Below are positions 9,601 to 18,034 of a DNA stretch of 18,034 nt, piece by piece; the stretch's first letter is position 1, and each line of letters starts with the position of its first letter. Source of the DNA: Octopus sinensis (taxonomy: Eukaryota). The notes under the pieces were generated by a model. That model saw nothing but the letters and a program-made list of their open reading frames with translations, did not search any database and was not told where the DNA came from. Both the position numbers and the translations under genes were made by a program. The DNA lies in contig NW_021824605.1 in NCBI RefSeq assembly GCF_006345805.1, forward strand, positions 1 to 18,034. Reading direction: 5' to 3'.

Positions 9601-9704
9601 CGATCTGGGAAAAATAAGAACGCAACAGTGTTAACTCATCGCAAGTATCAAAACGTTGATGAAAGCACGCGGACAGTATACAAACAATATTTATAGACCG
9701 TAAT

Positions 9705-10103
9705 GCGGCGAACTGGCAGAAACGTTAGCAGCCTGGGCGAAATGCTTAGCGGTATTTCGTCTGCCGCTACGTTCTGAGTTCAAATTCTGCCTAGGTCGAC
9801 TTTGCCTTTCATCCTTTCAGGGTCGATTAAATAAGTACCAGTTACGCACTGGGGTCGATATAACCGACTTAATCCGTTTGTCTGTCCTGGTTCGTCCTCT
9901 CTGTGTTTAGCCCCTTTTGGGTAGTAAAGAAATAGGCATTTCGTCTGTCTTATGTTCTGAGTTCAAATTCCACCGAGGTCGACTCTGCCTTTCATCCTTT
10001 CGGCGTCGATAAATTAGGTACCAGTTGCGTACTGGAGTCGATCTAATCGACTTTCCCGCACGCCCAAAATTTCGGGCCTTGTGCCTAGTTTAGAAAAGAA
10101 TAT
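9705..10103 (+). mobile_element. Dimeric tRNA-derived SINE: full monomer (tail A) followed by a headless monomer (tail B)
   Basis: A box TGGCAGAAACG (9714-9724) and B box AGTTCAAATTC (9777-9787). The body GTTCTGAGTTCAAATTC..GGTCGACT.TGCCTTTCATCCTTTC occurs twice (from ~9771 and ~9954). Confidence 0.9.
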
Positions 10104-10199
10104 TTTTATATTGGCTAGCAAGAAAATAGTATATAAAAACGAAAGATTTCGTGATGTGGAAAAGGAGGGAAGAACCCAAATTAGTTTGAAGGAAACTCC

Positions 10200-10513
10200 T
10201 CGGTGCGTACATAATTCCAGCTTCTTGTGATGGTCGGGCATCTCTAAAAGCGCATTTTTCAATGTTCGTCGAATCCTGCTTCAAGTTGCCTGATTAAGGG
10301 CGATACCATTAACCCTCTTAATCCCAACATTTGTATATCTCCTCTTAACTCTCATCGGTGGATAGCATGTCCCAGCTTCATTCTCACACACCACTTCAAA
10401 TGCTCTTGAAGAATCTAGCGAGAGCTGCAATCCAGACGAACAAGACATAACCCCAACTCTTTCAGCAATGGGCACAAAACAACATCTTTTTCTATAGTCA
10501 GCAGATAGTGGAG
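10200..10513 (-). mobile_element. Possible very old RTE-like LINE C-terminal remnant (host of the 10514 SINE)
   Basis: Weak minus-strand resemblance only: LLKELGL, ILQEHLKWCVRM (cf. LQERRLRW.GHV.RM) and RGDIQMLGL. Confidence 0.25.
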
Positions 10514-10805
10514 ACACATGGTCTAGTGGTTAGAGAAGCGGATTCGCGGTCGAGGGATCGCGGGTTCGAATCTCAGACCGGGTGATGTGTGTTTTTATGA
10601 GCGAAACACCTAAGCTCCACGCGGCTCCGGCAGAAGGTAATGGCGAACTTCTGCTGACTCTTTCGCCACAACTTTCTCTCAATCTTTCCTCTGCATCTTG
10701 CAGCTCACCGGCGCCCCGTCCAGGTGAGGTACCTATACGCCAAGGAAACCGGGAAACCGGCCGTTATTAACCAGGCATGGCTCGAGAAGGAACAAACAAA
10801 AGAAA
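10514..10805 (+). mobile_element. tRNA-derived SINE (family 2) with perfect 16-bp TSD
   Basis: A box TGGTCTAGTGG, B box GGGTTCGAATC, and an A-rich tail ACAAACAAAAGAAA. TCAGCAGATAGTGGAG lies at 10498-10513 and 10806-10821. Confidence 0.9.
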
Positions 10806-11389
10806 TCAGCAGATAGTGGAGGTCTACCCGACCGAACTTGGCAAAAGGAAGTCAATATATTTAGCTTCAGGATGAACTCAGCCTGTAGCTGGTACCCTTT
10901 TAGTTGTAGCAGCTTTCCAACGGCTAAGCCAAAGCAGAAGTTTTTTTAAGCCAGCAGTAGAAGCTGTTCAACATCTAAGATGGTAAATATAGATACAATT
11001 AATTTTGATTGTTATGTAAAGAAGCAAAGAAAAGGCGGAGCAGTTCCTCAGTTGTCCTCCCTGTTGGCTGTTGTAAAAATAATGATATTCATATTAAGCT
11101 AATATATTTTCTCTTTTATCATATGTCTGAATATTCCGTTGTTGTTAAATGTTTTAATAATTAAACATACTCTCATTTGTCTAATTACCTACTTATTATG
11201 CGAGTGGCATTTAAAATAAATGTAATCCATCATCATTATAATGGTTAATTAACTCTTTCAGACATTTCGCACCTGATAACTACATTGAGTGGCTTCTATT
11301 CTGACGTTGGAATGAATCAATGATAGGACTTATTTGTGTTCTCTCATTCTGCTAGAAATAGCATCCCAGTCACAAAATACTCAAACCAC

Positions 11390-12372
11390 GTTATATCGTA
11401 TTGAAAAGGCGAAGGACGGTGTGAACGTATCCTGGCGAAACCACTACAGATTATTTTTGCAGAGCTTTCTTGCAAATCGCAAACTGCCAAGCAAACTGAA
11501 GGGTGGAATAATATGCCCAATGCATAAAGGTGGATGCAGAGCAGATGCCAAAAGTTATAGACCTATCTCTCTGTTTTCACACATCAGCAAAGTCATGGAA
11601 CGGATAGTCAGAGGGAAACTAATCGCATTCCTTGAAGAAAATAACTTGCTGAGTGATACCCGGCATGGCTTTCGACTATGTAGGAGCTGCCTGACCCAGC
11701 TCTTACAACATTATGACTGGGTGTTGAGGCAGTTACTCATCAACTCAAATGTGGACCTGATATAACTTGCTTTGCGAAAGCTTTTGACAAAATGGATCAT
11801 GGTATGATATGCCACAAACTGCGTGATTTCGGCAACGCTGGAAAACCTGGAGAGTGGTTACATGACCTTCTGAAAGATAGAAGTTAGGCAGTGGTGGCCA
11901 ATCGACTCACCTCAAATAAAACACGCATAGTGAGTGATGTTCCACAGGGCACTGTCTCGGGACTACTGCCTTTCATAGTGGCCCTCCCAGATATGCCCTC
12001 AGCTGCCCGGATGGCCACTCTTGCTAGCTACGCAGACCACACGAAAGTCTCGGAGAAAATACAAAACCCTAGCGATGGTGCACACATGCAGCAGGAGTTG
12101 GACACAATTTACAGTTGGGCTGAGGAAGATAATATGCAGTTTGATGCTGGCAAACTCCAAGCCCTGCACTGCCAGCGTATAAAGTGGAACGTAAAACTTA
12201 CAGGCTGCACTAAATCAGTGCAGGACCTGGGTATCGACATGAGCGATGATACCTCTTTCCAAGTGCACATTACCAAGATGGCTGGCTGGATCTTGAGAAC
12301 TTTCAGAACCAGAAAGAAGGAAATCATGATCGTTCTCTGGAGGAAATTCGTCCTCAGCTGCCTGGACTCCTG
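11390..12372 (+). mobile_element. Decayed LINE reverse transcriptase (CR1/L2/Jockey group)
   Basis: Motifs YRPISLFSHISKVMERIV, RHGFR..RSCLTQLL, FAKAFDK.DH, VPQGTV, SYADHTK (YADD with D>H, 12029-12040), MQFDAGK, and DLGI.MSDD..FQVHI. Frameshift near 11770 and stop near 11885. Confidence 0.92.
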
Positions 12373-12450
12373 TGAGGAGTGTCTTAGCTGTTTCAGCCTT
12401 TCCCAGTAACAGAGCTGTTGCAATGAGACGATCTTCCAGAGTAGTCCAGG
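12373..12450 (-). mobile_element. Short inverted piece of the same LINE family (WKIVSLQQLCYWERLKQLR)
   Basis: 12412-12439 matches 12953-12980 at 27 of 28 nt. Confidence 0.8.
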
Positions 12451-12467
12451 CATAAATATATGTAATG

Positions 12468-12505
<38 letters not shown>

Positions 12506-12519
12506 AATATATTGCTACA

Positions 12520-12990
12520 CTGTTATTAGAGAGATCCTCCTCTGATGGGTAGCATTTGATGACTAAGGGAGTTTGATATCGCTCCCTTCATTTACGCCTC
12601 CTGCCGCGAGGTAGATTCACCTGGGACTCGCGACAGGAAGAGATCCAGTTTTGATTTGAAAACACCTACATCCACTTTGTGTAGGTACCCCGCTCAGGCT
12701 CTTTGGGAGACTATTAAAAAGCTGTGAGCCCCGGAAACCCAGGCTGTTGCAGTAAACAGTCTTGAAACGCGACGGCATTACTGGGATCTTTCGCACCATG
12801 CAGTGGAGACTCGTTCTGGAATTTGTGTTGCTTTCAATGCCAAAATTTGGCACAATGCTTTCCAGGATCTTCCAGGTGTGTATTACTGCACATCTCTCTC
12901 GCCTTCGCTCCAGTGAATAGAGTCTTAAATGCTTCAGCCGTTCAAGGTAGCTGAGCTGTTGCAATGAGACGACCTTCCAGGGTTGGGATC
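12520..12990 (-). mobile_element. 3' end of a CR1/L2/Jockey-group LINE ORF2 plus short 3' UTR
   Basis: QQLSYLERLKHLRLYSLERRRER..WKIL..GSQLFNSLPK, then LDLFLSRVP in a shifted frame; a typical C-terminus for this group. Confidence 0.85.
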
Positions 12991-12998
12991 AGTAGTAT

Positions 12999-13063
<65 letters not shown>

Positions 13064-13065
13064 AT

Positions 13066-13250
13066 GAAGTAAATCCCAAGAAGAACAAACATAAAAACAC
13101 CAACGCGAGGACGGGGCACATGACGTTCAGGGAAGGGAAGATGGTTTAACGTTTCGAGCAACGCTATTCTTCAGAAACAGAGGAAAGTCTAATAGAAAGG
13201 AAGACGGAGTAAGAAGATCGCCAACGATTCACGTGGTTACATTTTGAATA
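13066..13250 (-). mobile_element. Short hammerhead-bearing (Penelope-related?) element between TA microsatellites
   Basis: ~185 bp of non-simple sequence containing the HHR motif at 13144-13178, flanked by (TA)n at 12995-13065 and (TA/CA)n at 13250-13385. Confidence 0.5.
13144..13178 (-). ncRNA. Type I minimal hammerhead ribozyme-like motif
   Basis: GUUU-CUGAAGA-A-UAGC-GUU-GCUC-GAAAC-GUU-AAAC. Stem I is a perfect 4 bp, the core is intact and stem III has an ACGU palindrome; the stem II closing pair is broken (U/C instead of G-C). Confidence 0.7.
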
Positions 13251-13294
13251 TATACACACACACACACACACACACATACATATATATAATATAT

Positions 13295-13371
<77 letters not shown>

Positions 13372-15529
13372 CGTGTGTGTGTGTGTTGATTAATATATAT
13401 AAATCTCCGTTGATTTACCAGAGCCGATACATTAGAGGGCTCAATTCAAATGTAGAGTATTCTTTAATTCCTTATAACTATAAGGTTCCACATTTCCAAT
13501 ACTCAGAGATACTCGTTTTCGATTATCAGCCGTTAAATCGAACCTGCTTTTCTTTTGAATATTCACCCTGTAATTCGTCTTCTTATTATTATTTTTCATA
13601 TCTCAAATGCAAGTTTGAAGGTAACGTTTACTCTTACGTTCTTTCGTTAATTTTTTCTTTTAATCTAATGAAGGACGCGTCCAAAAACGTCTGCTTCAAG
13701 CGCACATCTTTTATTTTATCTGATTTTTTTCGGGAGAATATTGTTATAAACGTCATAAACTACGTAGAATCCCCATAGAGAGGTTGTTGAATCGATTTAT
13801 CCCATCCGTTTAATAATAGTAATAGTGATATCATGAATAATATTAATAAAAAAACAATTTAGGTTTATATATAATAAATCTGAAACATCTTGTTCGAATG
13901 GAGTTAACATTTGTATTTGAAATGTTTGATATCTGAATAGAGAGGACGTTGCTTGCTCACCCACTAATATTGACAATATGAGAAAAATGAACTCCTTGGA
14001 AGAAAATCTATCGATAATATGCTTAACCGGATATATAATTGTAAAAATCTTCTAAAATGTCAATTGGATAACCTACTCTTAAGAAATCATCTCCGTTAAT
14101 AAATGTTTAGTAACAACAACGGAAAATATTTAATATTATTATGGTAGTTGCGCAACTGATTTTAAATCTAGAGTATAAAATCAGGTTTCTTCGTTTACAT
14201 ATAGAAAGAAAAGACTTCACTTTTTGAAGTATATTTGTGTGAAACCTCAAAGAGGGGAAAGTTAAGTCTGATATTAATTATTCTATATGCAGTGCACCTT
14301 AGGATAATGGAAGAAAACTAAAATGCAACTTATTCCTCAAGGGGACATTGCTTGTACTTAGACCCAGATCCAACTTCTTAAATATAACAAATGAATTAAA
14401 GATAGGATGTACACTTGTATTTAAAAGAACCCTTCAAACCGTCCAAACTAAATGGCGTACACTGATTTGTGTACGCCATTATAATAGGTTGGGTCTGCTT
14501 TTCCTGGATCGCTATACTTACGATATTTAACGTATTTAGATTTATTTAGTAAATACACTAATATCTATTCGATCTGATCAATTTAAATTTCTTAATTTTC
14601 TGATTATTAGTGCTAAATATTTTTTTTCGAATTCTGTAATTAGCAAGTTTAAATTATTTAATAAATTATTTTTTATTGTTTAATTTATTTTAATTATATT
14701 TTTTAATTTTATATTTTATTATAACTTACATTAATCATATTGCACTTATTCTAATTTTTAAATATTTATATTTTTTAGGAAATATGATTTGTTTGAAATA
14801 GAATATTTTTCTCAGTGAATGATATATTAATTTCCATTGGAAATTTCATTAACTGAACTCAAGGTTTATATTTAGAATTAAATCTACTGGAATTACGTTT
14901 CCATTGTAACATACTTAATGTATCAACCGAATATCTTGGTTCTACATACCTTTCCTGTGAATTTGAATTGATCGGTACTAGTTCAATTGTGGTATGAATT
15001 TTACCATAAACATATGTTAAGTTGCCAGGAGGGGTTGTAGAAAGTAAGTATCATATTACAATTCTGTCATGAACTGATAAAGACAATTAGGTAGGTCGGT
15101 TCAAACACCTCCCAATAGCTTATACCGGTCAAATATTGTCTATCTGCCTTCAAATGTTATCAATTCCAAGTCGTGTGGTTTAATTTTGACAAATGCAAGA
15201 CAGTTTTAAATTTCTCAATCTCTATAGAATCTTAGTCAATCAAATATTGAATCGATTAGATACATCTGTATCGCAATTTTTTGGAATTTGCCAGTCTATA
15301 CGAAACGCGCGTAAGCTGATTAAATATTGCATGTCGTTTCCTGCTATACACTGTGGCCCTTAAAAAAATTAATTCAGTATTTGAACATCGGATTTATAAA
15401 TTGGTCGGGCAGCGGGAAACTATTTAATGCAAAGACTTGTTAACCAAGTTTGATCCTTATTGTCAACTTATAGAGTATACAACTTGATTTTTTATTACTT
15501 TTCTCTTGTGCTTATATACATTTATACAC

Positions 15530-15605
15530 TCACACACACACACATGAACACACATGAACACACCCCTCACACGCAAACACACACACACACGTACGCACGC
15601 ACACA

Positions 15606-15684
<79 letters not shown>

Positions 15685-15700
15685 GATATATATATATTTT
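15530..15700. repeat. (CA)n/(TA)n microsatellite
   Basis: Directly visible. Confidence 0.95.
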
Positions 15701-15835
15701 GAATATTGCGCTTAGAAATTGCGAGACTAAAAACTTGGTGTAGAACTTATATATAGAAATGCGTGTTATCCGAGTGGAGAGCGGTAATAAGGAAATAATA
15801 CGACAGAGGAATTAGATGACAGATAAACTTCATTG

Positions 15836-15899
15836 GCTTCCAGCTGTTTCAACTGAAAGATGCAGTACCTGAATAATGCATTAAGCTCTTCATCAGAGC
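15836..15899 (-). ncRNA. Type I hammerhead-like motif with AGCU palindromic loop (degenerate)
   Basis: GCU-CUGAUGA-(39-nt weak stem II region)-GAAAC-AGCU-GGA-AGC. U16.1 is changed to G. Confidence 0.55.
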
Positions 15900-15934
15900 T
15901 TTCAATATATGCGTTAGTAATAGTTCAATATATT

Positions 15935-16151
15935 GGTTTCAAATGTTGGCACAAGGATCGCAGTTTTTTAAGGAGTGGCTAAGTCGATTACATAGACCCC
16001 ATATCTCAACCAGTACTTAACTTATCGACCCTGAAAGGATAAACGACATAGTTTACCACGGCGGAATTTGAACTCAGAACGTTAAGATGGACGGAATGCA
16101 ACTAAGCGTTTTTTTTCCAGGATGCTAAAGACTTTGCCAGTTCACCGCCTT
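15935..16151 (-). mobile_element. Diverged family-1 SINE (head plus tail B) with imperfect TSD
   Basis: GGCGGAATTTGAACTCAGAACG and GCCAGTTCACCGCCTT match family 1. AGTTCAATATATT (15922-15934) resembles AGTTTAATATATT (16157-16169). Confidence 0.85.
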
Positions 16152-16201
16152 ATTTCAGTTTAATATATTAATATTTACATCACCTCAAGCATTATATTCG
16201 A

Positions 16202-16281
16202 GGCTCCGATGAAGCTATAAAGTGTTACCCATGCACTCAACTATGAGTACACTTCGCTTATAGCAGAAATAGCTGTAAGCT
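16202..16281 (+). ncRNA. Type I hammerhead-like motif with long stem II and AGCU palindromic loop
   Basis: GGCU-CCGAUGA-A-GCUAUAA...UUAUAGC-A-GAAAU-AGCU-GUA-AGCU. Stem II is a perfect 7 bp and the site is GUA; deviations are U4>C, C15.2>U (wobble) and one extra A before G12. Confidence 0.65.
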
Positions 16282-16429
16282 TACGAAGCTCATAAGATAA
16301 TAATTTATTCTTCTGTCATCTCATTTTCTTGCACACATACATATACACGCACCCTTACGCACACACACAATAACTCACATACACACAGAGAATAACACAC
16401 ACGCGCACACATACCACACACACACATGC

Positions 16430-16469
<40 letters not shown>

Positions 16470-16893
16470 TATTATATATACATATATATGCTTTCTTGCA
16501 AGGAATATAATGTTCTTAGCTTAGTTTTTCCTTGGGGCTGGCCAGATTGGAGAATTCTCGAGTATAACAAGCCCAAATTACAAAGATAATCTGGAACTCG
16601 ACTGAGGATAGAAAACTCCGAATAACCCGTCCTTGTTTTCGTTGTATGATCTCTGTGGATGTTTTGTTGTCCCTTTTTTGTATCACCTAATTATCTGGAT
16701 GCTTTGCGTTCTTGTCCCCTTTTTTGCATTTTTTTATATATAAAATATAGTGGCGTACGTAGACTCTGGCCTCTTATATGTAAGTATATTATACCTATAT
16801 ATATATATTTGAACATGGGGAACGGTTAATGTCGACAAATATCTCTTCTCTTCTTTCTCTCTCTCTCTCTCTCTCCATTTTTTCTTCTCATTT

Positions 16894-16929
16894 CTTTGTA
16901 TCGAAGAGCGTGGGTTCGAAACGTCAAAG
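16894..16929 (+). ncRNA. Fossil hammerhead fold with decayed core
   Basis: CUUU-GUAUCGA-A-GAGC-GUGG-GUUC-GAAAC-GUC-AAAG. Stems and spacing are exact; the core has 3 mismatches to CUGANGA. Confidence 0.5.
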
Positions 16930-16951
16930 GCAGTCGCACAGCCATACACAC

Positions 16952-16957
<6 letters not shown>

Positions 16958-17003
<46 letters not shown>

Positions 17004-17029
17004 TGTATATATATATATATATATACATG

Positions 17030-17063
<34 letters not shown>

Positions 17064-17072
17064 TACATACAT

Positions 17073-17136
<64 letters not shown>

Positions 17137-17138
17137 CA
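16958..17138. repeat. (TA)n/(TACA) microsatellite
   Basis: Directly visible. Confidence 0.95.
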
Positions 17139-17364
17139 TTTAAATTTAAATTTAAATTGATGAGGCAAAGTTCTAAATGCAAAGCCACAAATCCGGAGTC
17201 TGGAATTATCCGGTAAATTTTTAGTAGTTTTATTTGTCTTTTGTCTCTCTCTCCTTGTGCTATATGAACACTTAATGTGGTCTTAGAGTCAGATCCTAGC
17301 TTCTATTTTTAGCATGCCGGTATATCGTAGATACCCTAAGTTATAATTTGAAATATATATATAT

Positions 17365-17396
<32 letters not shown>

Positions 17397-17494
17397 CATA
17401 TATATGTATAAGGTGGAAAGGAACACACGAGTTGATATATATGAAAAACAAGTCAAAAATAGAAAATGCTAAGATGATTTTATAGTGAATCTTT

Positions 17495-17531
17495 CAGTAC
17501 CGTTTCGGTCATTTTGAGACCTTTTCAACTG
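17495..17531 (-). ncRNA. Type I minimal hammerhead-like motif with U3/A8 core variant
   Basis: CAG-UUGAAAA-GGUC-UCAAAAU-GACC-GAAAC-G-GUA-CUG. Confidence 0.6.
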
Positions 17532-17796
17532 TAACGATTAAATAATTAAATTTAGAAAAATTTAGAAAAATTAGAAGAAAGGTTTTTTTAAAGAATACTT
17601 CCATAGTAGTGTTCAGATATAGGTGGCATTCTGCCTTTCTCTGACTCCCTTGTTTGCACTTGTGTATTCGAGGTCGTTGTGTTCTTGAGGGGTGGGAGTG
17701 GGAAAATCTGGGGCTGGTCAGTGGCGACCGGCAGTCGCTGCGTAGGCGTTATACTTAAAGACATTAGTGACAAGGTTAAGGGGTAGAAGGTGGAGA

Positions 17797-17965
17797 AGTA
17801 GAAGAAGAAGAGAAGATGACGGTGCCGATGATGATAACGATGAAGAAGAAGAAGGAGAAGGAGAAGATGACGATGATGATGGTGGTGATGACGATGACGA
17901 CGATGATGATGATAATGATGATGATGATGAAGAAGAAGAAGAAGAAGAGAAGAAAAAAACAGAGA
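17797..17965. repeat. (GAA)/(GAT)/(GAC) compound trinucleotide repeat
   Basis: Directly visible. Confidence 0.9.
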
Positions 17966-18034
17966 AGGGAGAATATGAATGGGTGAAGATATAGCTGTGA
18001 TGGGGCGATTCGTAATGGATTCTATGGAATGTAA

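Noticed and set aside
10014-10517. Two consecutive same-frame minus ORFs (78 and 82 aa)
   Set aside because: Start and end inside SINEs; at best a decayed LINE remnant, not a gene.
10514-10590. tRNA-like sequences as true tRNA genes (also 5795-5858 and 9705-9790)
   Set aside because: No acceptor-stem pairing; they continue into SINE bodies with tails or TSDs.
16600-16645. CTGAGGA..CTCCGAATAAC..GTC in a probable interspersed repeat
   Set aside because: GAAU instead of GAAA, and no register gives both a valid core and stem II.
17767-17994. Acidic D/E-rich 75-aa ORF
   Set aside because: Product of (GAT)/(GAA) repeats; no splice or domain evidence.

Overview
Eukaryotic, repeat-saturated, apparently non-coding DNA (intergenic or intronic). 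The tRNA-derived SINEs match my recollection of octopus (cephalopod) SINE families; this taxon call is recognition, not a database result. No host gene can be called with confidence, and most ORF-track entries are translations of microsatellites. Supported content: a decayed L1/Tx1-type ORF2 fragment (minus, ~2503-3546) split by a SINE with a 19-bp TSD; a rearranged CR1/L2/Jockey-group LINE (RT plus 11390-12372, 3' part minus 12373-12990); several SINEs of two tRNA-derived families, some with TSDs; and many micro/minisatellites. The main discovery is seven short motifs with the architecture of type I minimal hammerhead ribozymes (HHRs), the kind associated with Penelope-like elements. Four of them form two head-to-head inverted pairs. 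One pair lies in a ~500-bp palindromic element (5623-6126) that has a tRNA-like Pol III head, a central hairpin and an 11-bp TSD. All folding and alignment was done by eye; most copies carry mutations, so activity is untested.
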